A stretch of 64,000 nt of DNA from Paragordius varius (GCA_964247055.1 OZ176060.1:930001-994000), one strand, 5' to 3'. Shown: positions 37,192 to 51,800, numbered from the stretch's first letter. The notes: a model not told the origin generated them from the sequence alone. A program made the numbers and translations.

Positions 37192-37249
37192 GCTCCAAAT
37201 AAAGACTTATTAAAGGTGGGGATAATTATTTTAAATTTTATTTATAAAA

Positions 37250-38150
37250 AATAAATTATTAAAATTATATATCTTATTTATCAAAAAAAATAAATTAAAA
37301 TTTTATTTATCAAAAAAAAAATTGTTTTAAAATTTAATTATTTTGCAAATTTTCTTTTTGAAAATTTTTAAAATTTTATTTATCAAAAAAAATTTTTTTC
37401 ATAATTTTAATTATTTTGCAAATTTTGGTTCCTTTTAAATATTTATAAAATTTTATTTATTAAAAAAAAATTTTTTAAAAATTTAATACATTTAAAATTT
37501 TATTTTAAAAATTTTGGTCCTCTTAAAATTTTAATTATTTTGCAAATTTTTATATATTTAATTAATTAAATATTTTTTAAAATTTTAAAAATTGTTTCAT
37601 AATTTAATTATTTGCAAATTTTGGTATTTTTAATTATTTAAAATTTTATTTATCAAAAAAAAAATTGTTTTATAATTCATAACTTAGAAAATTTTCCTTT
37701 TAAAAATTTATAAAGTTTTATTTATCAAAAAAAAATTTTACAATTTTATTTAACGAAAAAAAAATTTTTAAAATTTTATATTTTGAAAATTTTGATTCCT
37801 TTAAAAAATATAAAATTTTATTTATTTAAAAAAAAATGTTTCAAAATTTCATTCTTTAGAATTTTGGTCCTTTTAAATTATATATAAAATTTAATTTATC
37901 AAAAAAAATTATTTAAAATTTTATATTTTGCAAATTTTGGTCCTTTTAAAAATTTATAAAATTTTATTTATCAAAAAAAATTATTTAAAATTTTATATTT
38001 TGCAATTTAAAAATTTATAAAATTTTATTTATCAAAAAAAAATTGTTACAAAATTACATTATTTAGAAAATTTATTCTTTTAATTTTTTATTTAAAATTT
38101 TATTTATAAAAAAAATTATTTCAAATTGATAATATAGAAATTTTGGTCTT
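37250..38150 (+). repeat. Degenerate ~72-75 bp tandem repeat (family G)
   Basis: AAAATTTTATTTATCAAAAAAAA recurs at ~37308, 37381, 37458, 37651, 37723, 37823, 37897, 37969 and 38030, with TTTGCAAATTTTGGTCC-type modules between. Confidence 0.75.
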
Positions 38151-38160
38151 TATTTATTTT

Positions 38161-38187
38161 TTTCGGGGTAATTTTATACCCCAGAAA
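38161..38187. other. Palindromic hairpin, copy 2
   Basis: TTTC-GGGGTA-ATTTTA-TACCCC-A-GAAA. Confidence 0.8.
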
Positions 38188-38221
38188 ACTCAATATTGTT
38201 AAACTATTTTATTTATATTTA

Positions 38222-38245
38222 ATATATATATATATATATATATAT
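38222..38245. repeat. (AT)12 microsatellite
   Basis: Uninterrupted AT dinucleotide run. Confidence 0.9.
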
Positions 38246-38822
38246 TTATACATAGATTTATTTATTAAAATTTCAATCTTTGAGAAATCGTACAATATTT
38301 TTATTAATTTTTTTAAATAATTTTGGATATTTTTAAGATTTTAAAACGAAATTAAAAAATATTCAAGTTTTTTGTTTTATTAATTAAATTTTTTCTTAAA
38401 AACATTAAAAGTCAATATTTTTGTTCGATAAAAATATAATTTGTAACAAAAAAATAATTTTTTTAATAAAAAATTATTATTTTCAAATGAAATAAATATA
38501 TAAAAATATTCAAGTTTTCTGGTTTATTATATAAAATTAATTTTATTAAAAACATTAAAAAAGTCAATAAATTTGTTCATTTGAAAAAAAAATTGTTTGA
38601 AACAAAAAAGTGGTTTTTTTGTAAAAAAAATAATATTTTTAAATGAATAAAAATATAATAAATAAAGAAAATTAGGTTAATAAATAAAAAAATATATTAA
38701 AAAAATAAATTCAAAAATTATGATTAAATCAAAATTAAAAATTTTAAGGACCAACTTGTAGTGTTTAAGGACACTCTTAAAGTGCAAATAATATATATGA
38801 ATAAATTTAATTTTTTTTTAAA

Positions 38823-38827
<5 letters not shown>

Positions 38828-38863
<36 letters not shown>
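38828..38863. repeat. (AT)18 microsatellite
   Basis: Uninterrupted AT dinucleotide run. Confidence 0.9.
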
Positions 38864-38870
<7 letters not shown>

Positions 38871-39173
38871 ATAAAAAATTTTTAAATTTGAATATATATA
38901 TATAAACTTATATTTTTACTGTTTTTTCAAATTTTAGAAAGTATTTAGAAAACGCTTATATTTTAACAGTTTTTTCTGAATTTCACAGAAAGAAACCATT
39001 TTATTATATAATATTAATAAAAAAATTTAAATATATTTACTGTGTTTTAAAAGCTTATGTTTATAAAAATTAAATTTTTAACCACAAAATTATAGATTAA
39101 GCTAAATTATTATAAAAAACAAATTTTATTAAAAATATTATTACTTAGAAAATTTTGGTCTTTATAACTCTTT

Positions 39174-39193
39174 TGGGGTAATTTTATACCCCA
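39174..39193. other. Palindromic hairpin, copy 3
   Basis: TGGGGTA-ATTTTA-TACCCCA. Shares upstream AGAAA(A)TTTTGGTCTTTA and downstream CCCCAGA.A.CTCAATA with copy 2. Confidence 0.8.
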
Positions 39194-39269
39194 GAGATCT
39201 CAATAACTATTGTTGCTATTTTTTATATATTTTAAATCTATTAAAAAAATTTTAAATTCAAATATATTT

Positions 39270-41930
39270 AGAAAATAATCTTTAAAAGAAAAATTATCTA
39301 AAACAAAGAGTTCTCTAAAACTAAAATCATTTCTTGTTGAAAAAATAATTTTTTTTTTAAATCATTTCTTGTTAAATGAATAATTTTTTTAAAAAAATCC
39401 AAATATAATCTTTATAATAGTTAATAAAAAAGTTTTTTGATTGGAAAATTACCAAATAATAGATATTTTTCAAAATTTCAAAAATAAATTCCATCTTTAA
39501 GAAGAATTATTTATAAAACTCGAAATCTAAAAGGTTTTTTTTGACTGGAAAATTACCAAATAATAGATAATTTTACAAAATTTCAAAAAATATAAATTCC
39601 ATTTTTTAAATTTAAAAGAAAAATTATCTAAAACAAAAAGGTTTTTTTGATCTAAAATCATTTCTTGTTAAATTTAAATTTTTATTTAAAAATACTCTTT
39701 TAAATGCAAAACGTTTTGATTAATAAAAAAATTTTTTTGACTGGAAAAATGGAAAATTACCAAATAATAGCTTATATTTTCATAAAATTTCAAAAGTATT
39801 TATTCCATCTTTTAAATTTAAAAGAAGAATTATTATAAAACTCGAAAATAAAAAAGTTTTTTTTTTGATTGACTGGAAAATTACCAAATAATAGCTTATA
39901 TTTTCATAAAATTTCAAAAGTATTTATTCCATCTTTTAAATTTAAAAGAAGAATTATCTAAAATAAAAAAATCTCGAAAACTAAAATCATTTCTTTTTAA
40001 ATGAATAATTTTTTTTTTAAAAATGCTCTTTTAAAATTCCAAAAATAATCTTTATAATAGTTAAAAAAAATTTTTTGATTGGAAAATTACCAAATAATAG
40101 ATATTTTCCAAAATTTTAAAAATAAATTTCATCTTTTAAAAAAATTCAAAAATTCAAAAAATGCAATGATTAATATAAAGGTTTTTTTTGATTGTTGAAA
40201 ATTACCAAATAATAGATATAAAATTTCATAATTTTCAAAAATATTCCATCTTTTAAATTTAAAAGAAGAATTATCTAAAAAAAAGAATTATTTAAAACTA
40301 AAATCAATTCTTGTTAAATAAATATATTATTCTTTTTAAAATGCCTTTTTAAATGCAAAAATTTTGATTTATTAATAAAAAGGTTTTTTTTAATTAATTA
40401 AAATTAACAAATAATAGCTAATATGAAATCTCATAAACTTTCAAAAATATTTATTCCATATTTTAAATCTAAAAGAAGAATTATCTAAAACAAAGAAATA
40501 CTCTAGAAAATTTTAATCATTTCTTGTTAAATTAATAAATTTTTCTTTTAAAAATGCTCTTTTAATTGGAAAAAAATGCAATGATTAATAAAAAGGTTTT
40601 TTTGATTAATGAAAATTATTAATTAATAGTTTTGAAATCTCATTTTCAAAATAAATTCCATCTTTAAGAAGAATTATCTAAAACAAAGAATTATTTAAAA
40701 TAAAAACTCTAGAAAATTAAAATAATTTCTTGTTAAATAAATTTTTCTTTTAAAAATGCTCTTTTTAAATGCAAAACGTTTTGATTGAGTGGGAAAAAAG
40801 GTTTTTTTGAATGGAAAATTACTAAATATATAAAATCTAACAAAATTTTATAATAAATTTAACTTTAAGAAGAATTAATTTTTTTAAAAAATTCAAAATT
40901 GCAAATTTTTCTTTAAGGAAAATTATTAAATAATAGATATTTTACAAAAAATAAATTCCATCTGAATTATTTATAAAACTCAAATATAAAAAAGATTTTT
41001 TTGAATGGAAAATTACCAAATAATAGCTAATATGAAATTTCACAAATTTTTCAAAAATAAATTCCATCTTTTAATTAATCTAAGAAGAATTATCTAAAAC
41101 AAAGAGGTTTTCAAAACTAAAATCATTTTTTGTTAAATGAATAAATTTTTGTTAAATGAATATTTATTCCATCATTTAAATCTAAGAAGAATTATCTAAA
41201 ATAAAAAATAAAAAAGTTTTTTTGATGAAAATTACAAAATAATAACTAATATGAAATTTCATAAACTTTTAAAATATTTAATTATTTTAAATTTTAAAAA
41301 AAGAATTATCTAAAACAAAGAGTTCTCAAAAATTAAAATCAATTCTTGTTAAATAAATAATTTTTTTAAAAATGCTCTTTTAAATGCAAAATCTTTTGAT
41401 TTTTTAATAATAAGGTTTTTTTGACTGGAAAATTACTAAATAATAGCTAATATGAATTCTCAAAAATTTTCAAAATAAATTCCATCTTTTAAATTTAAAA
41501 GTTTTAATTCTTAATTAAAACAAAGAGATTTTTTAAAACTAAAATCATTTTTTGCTTTTAATAATTATTTCTTTTAAAAAGCTCTTTTAAATGCAAAACG
41601 TTTTGATTGATTGGGAAAAAAGATTTTTTTTTGATTGGTAAATTACCAAATAATAGATATTTTACAAAATTTCAAAAATAAATTCCATCTTTAAGAAGAA
41701 TTATTTATAAAACTCAAAAATAAAAGATTTTTTTTGACTAGAAAATTACCAAATAAGAGATATTTTACAAAATTTCAAAAATAAAATTCCATCTTTAAGA
41801 AGAATTATATAATTCAAAGAAATACTCTAGAAAATTAAAATCAATTTTTGTTAAATGAATAAATTTTTCTTTTAATAATGTTTTAAATGAAAACTACTAA
41901 ATAATAGCTAATATGAAATTTCATAACTTT
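39270..41930 (+). repeat. Family E block 2
   Basis: Same GGAAAATTACCAAATAATAG / TTCCATCTTT / GAAGAATTAT / AATCATTTCTTGTT modules. Confidence 0.92.
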
Positions 41931-43830
41931 AAAAGGAAATAATCTAATTGAAATTGAAATTGTTGATAATACTATACAGTAAAAATTTAAATTCTAAGGA
42001 AAAAAACATAAAAATATAAAAACAAATATATTTTATCTAAAAGACAACCATACTTTTAAAATTTTTATATTTATATATATATATATATATTATTTAGAGT
42101 TCAATTTCACCCTTGAACAATTCAAATTCACCCTTAAACAATTAAAATTTCCCCTAAAAAGAAATTATGTTTTTTTCACAAATATAACTTATTAATTATA
42201 TGAAATATATCTTTTAGGCTAGTTTATTATTTTTATTTAATACAAAATTTTTATTTTTTAAAATATATTAAAATATAGTAATTTTTTATCTTAAAAAACA
42301 TATTTTTTATATTTGAGGGTGAATTTGAATTGTTTAAGGGTGAATTTGAATTGTAGTGGTATATAAATTTTTAATTTAAAACAAAATTTTTATTTATAAA
42401 AATATATATTAAAATATAGGTAATTTTTTATCTTTTGAAAAAACATATATTTTATTTGAGGGTGAATTTGAATTGTTCAAGGGTGAATTTGAATTCTAAT
42501 GGTATATAAATCAAGTATATAGAAATTTTTATTTATAAAAATATATTAAAATATAGTAATTTTTTATCTGAAAAAACATATTTTTTAAAATATAAGTAAT
42601 TTTTTATCTTTTGAAAAAAACATATATTTCATATTTGAGGGTGAATTTGAATTCTAATGGTATATAAAAAATTTTCAGTTATATTTTTATTTATAAAAAT
42701 ATATTAAAATATAAGTAATTTATCTTAAAAAACATATATTTTATTTGAGGGTTAATTTGAATTCTAATGGTATATAAAGTATATAGAAATTTTTATTTAT
42801 AAAAATATATTAAAATATAGGTAATTTTTTATCTTTTGAAAAAACATATATTTTATTTGAGGGTAAATTTGAATTGTTTAAGGGTGAATTTGAATTGTAA
42901 TGGTATATAAATCAAGTATATAAAAATTTTTATTTATAAAAATATATTAAAATATAGGTAATTTTTTATCTTTTGAAAAAACATATATTTTATTAAAGGG
43001 TGAATTTGAATTCTTTAAGGGTGATTTTAAGTTCTAATGGTATATATATCAATTATATAGAAATTTTTATTTTTTAAAATATATTAAAAATATAGGTAAT
43101 TTTTTATCTTTTGAAAAAACATATATTTTTTGAGGGTGAATTTGAATTGTTTAAGGGTAAATTTTTATTTTCATAAATATAACTCATTGTTTTAAACTCC
43201 AAAGTAATATATAGAAATTTTAATAAAAAATCAATTAAATATGATTTTTACCTTTGTAATTAAATGTTTTTTATGGAAAAATAAAAAGTATGGTTGTCTT
43301 TTGAAAAAAAAAATATATTTTAACATTTTGTCCGTATAAATTCACAGTTTTCACTGTATTGATTTTCTAAAACAAAACACTTTTTTTCTTAATAAATCTC
43401 TATAGATAGAAATTTCAAATGAAAAACTTGAAAAAATTGAGTAAAAGGAAACAATCTAAATAAAATTTATAATAATCTAATTGAAATTGTTAAAAAACAC
43501 TTTTTTTCTTCATAAATTCCTTTTACTTAAAAGCTTCTTAATATTAAAGCGAGTATATACTACAATACTCAAGTTTTTAAAAACAAAGACTTTTATTCTA
43601 AAATTCTGGCTACCTTGTTCGAGTTAAGAAACGAGAAATAAAAATTTCAAATAAACTCGAAATCTATTTAATTTGATAATAATATAATTCTTTAAAACAA
43701 CATACTTTTTTTCTTAATAAATCTCTTTTAATTAAAAGCTTATCAATATTACAGCGAGTATTTACTACATTACTCAAGTATTTTAAAAGCAAAGAATTTT
43801 ATTCTAAAATATTCCTGTGGCTTCATTTCT
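41931..43830 (+). repeat. Short family A block carrying one B element
   Basis: A leader AAAGGAAATAATCTAATTGAAATTG at ~41932, then B copy, then two A cores (~43548, ~43755). Confidence 0.88.
41977..43356 (+). mobile_element. Element B, longest copy (1380 bp)
   Basis: TA|CAGT at 41975-41980 and ACTG|TA at 43353-43358. About 7-8 internal repeats. Confidence 0.78.
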
Positions 43831-46800
43831 TTTAAAAAACTCAAAAATAAAAAAGTTTTTTTTGATTGATGAAAATTACCAAATAGCTAATATGAAATTT
43901 TACAAAATTTTCAAAAATATTCCATCTTTAAAATCTAAGAAGAATTATCTAAAACAAAGTCTCGAAAACTAAAATAAATTTTTGTTAAATAAATAAATTT
44001 TTCTTTTAAAAATGCTCTTTTAAATGCAAAAGTTTTGATTTATTAATAAAAAGGTTTTTTTGACTGGTAAATTACCAAATAATAGATATTTTACAAAATT
44101 TCAAAAATAAATTCCATCTTTAAAAATAATCTTTATAATAGTTAATAAAAACGATTTTTTTTGAATGGAAAATTACCAAATAATAGTTAATATGAAATCT
44201 CATAAATTTTCAAAAATTTTTATTCCATATTTTAAATTTAAGAGGAATTATTTAAAATTAAAATCATTTCTTGTTAAATAAAACAATTTTTCTTTTTAAA
44301 AATCCATTTTTTAAATCTAAAAGAAGAATTCTCTAAAACAAAGAGGTCTTCAAAAATTAAAATCATTTCTTGTTAAATAAATTATGAATATTTTTTTTAA
44401 AAATGCTCTTTTAAATGCAAAACGTTTTGATTGATTGGGAAAAAGATTATTTTTTTGATTGGAATATTACCAAATAATAGATATTTTACAAAATTTCAAA
44501 ATATTTATTACATCTTTAAGAAGAATTATTTATAAAACTCGAAAATAAAAATCAATTCTTGTTATATTAATAATTTATTTAAAAAAATCCAAAAATAATC
44601 TTTATAATATTTAATAAAAAGGTTTTTTTGAATGATGAAAATTACTAAATAAGTTTTTTTGATTGATAAATATTACCAAATAATAGCTAATATAAAATTT
44701 CAAATTATCAAAAATAAATTCCATCTTTTAAATTTAAAAAAAGAATATCTTTATAATAGTTAATAAAAGGTTTTTTTTATTGACTGGATAATTACCAAAT
44801 AATAGCTAATATGAAATTTCATAACTTTTAAAAATAAATTCCATCTTTTAAATTTAAAAGAATTATCTAAATCAAAAAACTCTACAAAATTTAAATCATT
44901 TCTTGTTAACTTAATATTTTTTTTAAAATAATGATTAATAAAAATGTTTTTAATAACCAAATAATAGATATTTTAAAAATTTTCAAAAATATATTCCATC
45001 TTTAAGAAGGATTATTTATAAAACTCGAAAATAAAAAGGATTTTTTTGATTGGAAAATTACCAAATAATAGATATTTTACAAAATTTCAAAAATAAATTC
45101 CATCTTTTAAATCTGAAGAATTATTTATAATAAAAACTCTAGAAAATTAAATTATTTCTTGTTAAATAAATAAATTTCTTTAAAAAAATCAAAAAATAAA
45201 CATTTTGATTTATTAATAAAAGGTTTCTTTTAAATGAAAATTACCAAATAATAGATATTTTATAAAATTTCAAAAATTTTCTTTCAAAAATATTCCATCT
45301 TTTAAATTTAAAAGCAAAATTATCTAAAACAAAGAGGTCTGTCTCGAAAACTTAAAACATTTATTGTTAAATAAATGAATTTTTCTTAAAAAATATTTCA
45401 TCTTTTAAATGCAATAATTATTAAAAAATTTTGACTGGAAAATCTACTAAATAATAGTTAATATGAAATTTTATAAACTTTCAAAAAATAAATATTCCAT
45501 CTTTTAAATTTAAAAGAAGAATTATCTAAAATAAAGAGATTTTCAAAACTAAAATCATTTCTTATTGAAAATTTTTTTTTTAAAAAAATAATTTTCTTTT
45601 AAAAAATTTAAAAATGCAATAATTTTAATTTATTATTAAAAAATTTTTTTTGATTGTTGAAAATTACCAAATAATAGCTAATATGAAATCTTATAAAATT
45701 TCAAAAATAAATTCCATCTTTTAAATTTAAGAGAAGAATTATTTATAAAACAAAGAAATACTCTAGAAAATTAAAATCAATTCTTGTTAAATAAATAAAT
45801 TTTTTTAAAAAAATCCAAAAATAATCTTTATAATAGTTAATAAAATAATTTTTTGACTGGTAAATTACCAAATAATAGATATTACTCAAATAATCTCATA
45901 ACTTTTAAAAATATTCCATCTTTTAAATCTAAGAAAAATTATCTTAAAAGAGGTTTATTAAAACTAAAATCAATTCTTGTTTAATTAATAAATTTTTCTT
46001 TTAAAAATAAATAAATTTTTTAAAAAAATCCAAAAATAATCTTTATAATAGTTAATAAAAATTATTTTTTGATGAATGAAAATTACCAAATAATAGTTAA
46101 TATGAAATTTCATAATTTTCAAAATAAATTCCATCTTTAAGAAGAATTATTTATAAAACTCAAAAATAAAAATTATTTTTGTAAAAATCAATTCTTGTTG
46201 AATAAATAAATCCTTTTAAAAAAATTCAAAAATAAACGTTTTGATTTTTAAATAAAAAGGTTTTTTTGATTGATAAAAATTACCAAATAATAGCTAATAT
46301 AAAATTTCACAAATTTTAAAAAATATTTATTCCATCTTTTAAATTTAAAAGAAGAATTATATATAAAACTCGAAAATTAAAAATGGTTTCTTGTTAAATT
46401 AATAAATTTTTTCAAAAATAAATTCCATCTTTAAGAAGAATTATTTATAAAACTCGAATAAAAAGTTTTTTTTTGACTGAAAAATTACCAAATAATAGAT
46501 ATTTTACAAAATTTCAAAAATAAATTCCATCTTTAAGAAGAATTATTTATAATAGTTAATAAAAGGTTTTTTTAATTGAAAATTACCAAATAATAGCTAA
46601 TTTGAAATCTAACAAATTTTAAAAATAATCTTTAAAATTTAAAAAAATTATTTAAAAAACTCGAAAACTAAAATCATTTCTTGTTGAATTAATAATTTTT
46701 TTTTAAAAAAAATGCTCTTTTAAATGCAAAACGCTTTGATTTTTAAATAAAAAAGTTTTTTTGACTGAAAAATTACCAAATAATAGATATTATACAAAAT

Positions 46801-48852
46801 TTCTAAAATAAATTCCATCTTTAAGAAGAATTATTTATAAAACTCGAAAATAAAAAGGTTTTTTTGATTGATGAAAATTACCAAATAATAGATAATATGA
46901 AATCTAACAAATTTTCAAAAATATTTATTCCTTCTTTTAAATTTGAAGAATTTTCTAAAGTTTTCAAAACTAAAATCAATTCTTGTTAAATTCTTGAATA
47001 AATTTTTCTTTTATAAAAAGTTCTTTTAAATAAATTCCATAAATCTAAGAAGAATTACTTAAAATAAAGAGGTCTCGAAAACTAAAATCATTTCTTGTTA
47101 AATTCTTGAATAAATTTTTGTTTTAAAAATAAATTTTTCTTTTAAAATCTCTCTAATGATTAATAAAAAGGTTTTTTTGATTTTTGTAAATTACCAAATA
47201 ATAGCTATTATGAAATTTAATAAACATTTAAAAATATTTATTCCATCTTTTAAATTTAGAAGAATTATTTAAAACAAAGAGGTTTAGAAAACTAAAATCA
47301 TTTCTTGTTAAATGAATAAATTTTTTTAATTAAAAATAATAAATTTTTTTAAAAAAATTCAAAAATAATCTTTATAATAGTTAACAAAAAAATTTTTTTG
47401 ATTGGAAAATAACCAAATAATAGATATTTTACAAAATTTCAAAAATAAATTCCATCTTTTAAATCTCAGAAGAATTATATAAAACAAAAAGTCTCAAAAA
47501 CCAAAATCATTTCTTGTTAAATTAATAAATTTTTTTTAAAAAAATTCAAAAATTTATAAAACTCAAAAATAAAAAAGGTTTTTTTGATTGAAAAATTACC
47601 AAATAATAGCTAATATGAATTCTCAAAAATTTTCAAAATAAATTCCATCTTTAAGAAGAATTATTTATAAAACTCGAAAATAAAAGGTTTTTTTGATTGA
47701 TGAAAATTATCAAATAATAGCTAATTTGATATTATTTCAAAAATAAATTCCATTAAATCTAAAAGAAGATTTATCTATAAAACTCGAAAATAAAAAATTC
47801 TTCAAAAATTAAAATCATTTCTTCTTATAATTTCTTTTATGAATAAATTCCATCTTTTAAATGCAAAAATAATCTTTATAATAGTTAATAAAAGGTTTTT
47901 TTTATTAATAAAAAAGTTTTTTTAACTGAAAAATTTCCAAATAATAGTTAATATGAAATCTCAATAAACTTTCAAAAATATTTATTCCATCTTTTAAATT
48001 TAAAAGAAGAATTATCTAAAACAAAGAAATCTCGAAAATTTAAATCATTTCTTATTGATAAATAAATTTTTTTTAAAAAATTCAAATATTCAAAAAATGC
48101 AATGATTAATAAAAAGGTTTTTTGATTGATGAAAATTACCAAATAATAGCTAATATGAAATTTTAACAAATTCCATCTTTAAGAAGAATTATTTATAAAA
48201 CTCGAAAATAAAAAAGTTTTTTATTTCACTGGAAAATTACCAAATAATAGATATTTTACAAAATTTCAAAAATAAATTCCATCTTTAAGAAGAATTATTT
48301 ATAAAACTCAAAAATAAAAAAGTCTCGAAAACTAAAATCATTTCTTGTTACATGAAAAAATTTTTTAAAAAAATGCTCTTTTAAATCTTAATTAAAACGA
48401 AAAAGTCTATAAAATTAAAATCAATTCTTGTTGAATTAATAAATTTTTCTTTTAAAAAATGCCTTTTTAAATGTAAAACGTTTCGATTGATTGGGAAAAA
48501 GGTTTTTTTTTTGATTGGAAAATTACTAAATAATAGCTAATATGTAATCTTATAAACTTTTAAAAATAAAAATATTCCATCTTTTAAATTTAAGAAGAAT
48601 TATCTAAAACAAAAAGTTCTCAAAAACTAAAATCATTTTTTGTTAAATAAAAAAAATTTTTTAAAAAAAATCCAAAAATAATCTTTATAATAGTTAATAA
48701 AAGGTTTTGTTTATTAATAAAAAAATTTTTTTTAATTGGAAAATTACCAAATAATAGCTAATATGAAATCTCACAAATTTTCAAAAAAATATTTATTCCA
48801 TCTTTAAGAAGAATTATAAAAAAAATAAAAAGGTCTCGAAAATTAAAATCAT
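43831..48852 (+). repeat. Family E block 3
   Basis: About 5 kb of E modules in short (~95-105 bp) and long (~170-200 bp) units. Confidence 0.93.
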
Positions 48853-51800
48853 TCCTGAGGATTTCCTTTGAAATTCCAAATTATAAAACTTGAAAATAAT
48901 AAGTAAAAGGAAACAATCTAGAAATTGAAATCGTAAATTATAATATTATTATTCTCTAAAATAAAATACTTTTATTCTTAATAAATCTCTTTTAGTTAAA
49001 AGCTTAACAATATTAAAGCGAGTATATACTACATTACTCAAGTATTTTAAAAGCAAAGACTTTTATTCAAATAGATATTTCAAATAAAACTCAAAAATAA
49101 AAAAAGAAATAAAAGGAATAATCTAGAAATTGAAATTGTTAATTTAAATAAAAATATTATTCTTTGAAATAAAGATTTTTTTTTAATAAATCTCTTTTAC
49201 TTAAAAGCTTATAATTACAGCGAGTATATACTACATTACTCAAGTATTTTAAAAGCAAGGTTTTTTAATCTAAAATATTCCTGTGGATTTCCTTTGTAAT
49301 TCCAAAAGAAAAACCTTTAAAATTAAAAAGTAAAAGTAAATAATCTAGAAATTAAAATTAATAATAAATATAATATTATTCTTTAAAATAAAGATTTTTT
49401 CTTAATAAATCTCTTTTAGTAAAAAGCTTTTTAATATTACAGCGAGTATATACTACATTACTCAAGTATTTTAAGACAAAAACTCGAAAAAAATAAGTAA
49501 AGGAAATAATCTAGAAATAAAAATTTTTGTTGATAATACTATACAGTAAAAATTTAAATTCTACGAAAAAAACATAAAAATTTAAAGACAAATATTTTTA
49601 TCTAAAAGACAACCATACTTTTAAAATCTTATATATATATATATACCATTTACAATTATTCACAATTCAAATTTACCCTAAAAAGAAATTAAAATTTACC
49701 CTAAAAAGAAATTATGTGTTTTAGAAACAATATAACTTATTAATTTTATATAAAATATATCTGTATGGCATAATTTATTATTTTAATTTAAAACAAATTT
49801 TTATTTATAAAATATATTAAAATATAGGTAATTTTTTATCTTAAAAAACATATATTTTATATTTGAGGGTGAATATAAATTGTTTAAGAAATTTGTATAG
49901 TAATGGTATATAAATCAAGTATATAGAAATTTTTATTTATAAAAATATATTAAAATACAGGTAATTTTTTATCTTAAAAAACATATATTTTATTTTAGGG
50001 TAAATTTGAATTGTTCAAGGGTGAATTTTTATTTTCATATATATAACTCATTGTTTTAAAAACTATAAAATATTATATAGAAATTTTTATTGGTAAATCA
50101 ATCAAATATGTATTTTACATTGTAATTAAATGTATTTTATAAAAGAAATTTAAAAAGTATGGTTGTCTTTTGAAAAAAAATAAATTTTTAACATTTTGTC
50201 CGTATAAATTCACAGTTTTCACTGTATTTGTTTTCTAAAACAAAACACTTTTTTCTTATAAATCTCTGTAGATAGCAATTTCAAGTAAAAACTCGAAAAA
50301 AATAAGTAAAAGGAAACAATCTAATTGAAATCGTTAATTATAATATTATTTTCTAAAATAAGATACTTTTCTTGATAAATTTTCTTTTACTTAAAAGCTT
50401 CTTAATATTACAGCGAGTATATACTACATTACTCAAGTTTTTTTTTTAAAAAAGATGGGTTTTTTAATCTAATATAATACTGTGGATTTCCTTTGAAATG
50501 CCAAATGTAAAAAACGAAAATAAAACTCATAAAAAATAAGTAAAAGGAAATAATCTAGAAATTGAATTTGTTAATAAATATAATATTATTCTCTAAAACA
50601 AAACACTTTTTTTCTTAATAAATGTCTTTTACTTAAAAGCTTATTAATATTACAGCGAGTATATACTACATTACTCAAGTATTTTAAGACAAAAACTCGA
50701 AAAAAATAAGTAAAAGTAAATAATTGATAATAATAATAATAATAATATCTATGTTTTAGCGAGTATATTAATTAATCAATTTTAAAAACAAAAACTTTTA
50801 TTCTAAAACTAACTACCTTGTTTGAGTTAAAGCGAAAAAAAGAAATTTCAAGTAAAAACTCGAAAAAAATAAATAAAAGGAAACAATCTAATTGATAATA
50901 AAAATAATATTATTCTTTGAAACAAAACACTTTTTTTCTTAATAAATTTCTTTTACTTAAAAGCTTCTTAATATTACAGCGAGTATATAATACAATACTA
51001 ATTTTTTTAAAAAACGAGGTTTTTTAATTTAAAATATTCCTGTGAATTCTTTTTGAAATTTCAAATTTAAAAACTCGAAAAAAATAAGTAAAAGGAAACA
51101 ATCTAATTAAAATTTATAATAATCTAATTGAAATTGTTAATAAACACTTTTTTCTTAATGAATTTCTTTTATTAAAAGCTTCTTAATATTACAGCGAGTA
51201 TATACTACATTACTCAAGTATTTTAAAAGCAAGGTTTTTTGAATATCAATTACGAGTAAGAACGAGTATAAATATTTTTAAAAAACTCAAAAAATTAAGT
51301 AAAAGGAAATAATCTAGAAATTGAAATTGATAATAATAAATATTATTAGTCTATAAAATAAACACTTTTATTCAAAAAAATTTCTTTTTTTAAGGCTTTC
51401 AATATTACAGCGAGTATATACTACATTGCTCAAGTATTTTAAAAGCAAGGTTTTTTAATCTAAAATATTCCTGTGGCTTCCTTGTTCGAGTGAGAACTAA
51501 ATATAAAAATTTCAAATAAAAACTCGAAAAAAAAAGTAAAAGGAAATAATCTAGATATTGAAATTGTTAATAAAAAAATAATATTCTCTAAAATAAACAT
51601 TTTTTTTGGATAAAGTTCTCTTTTACTTAAAAGCTTATCAATATTAAAGCGAGTATATACTACATTACTCAATAAAAGCAAGAACTTTTATTCTAATAGA
51701 AATTTCAAATTATAAAACTCGAAAAAAATAAGTAAAAGGAAATAATCTAGAAATTGATAATAATAATAATATTATAATTCTCTAAAATAAACATTTTTTT

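Noticed and set aside
38745-38790. Short GC-richer islands (38745-38790 TAAGGACCAACTTGTAGTGTTTAAGGACACTC; 13835-13880) as RNA genes
   Set aside because: They are too short, with no cloverleaf, tRNA A/B boxes or rRNA motifs recognisable.
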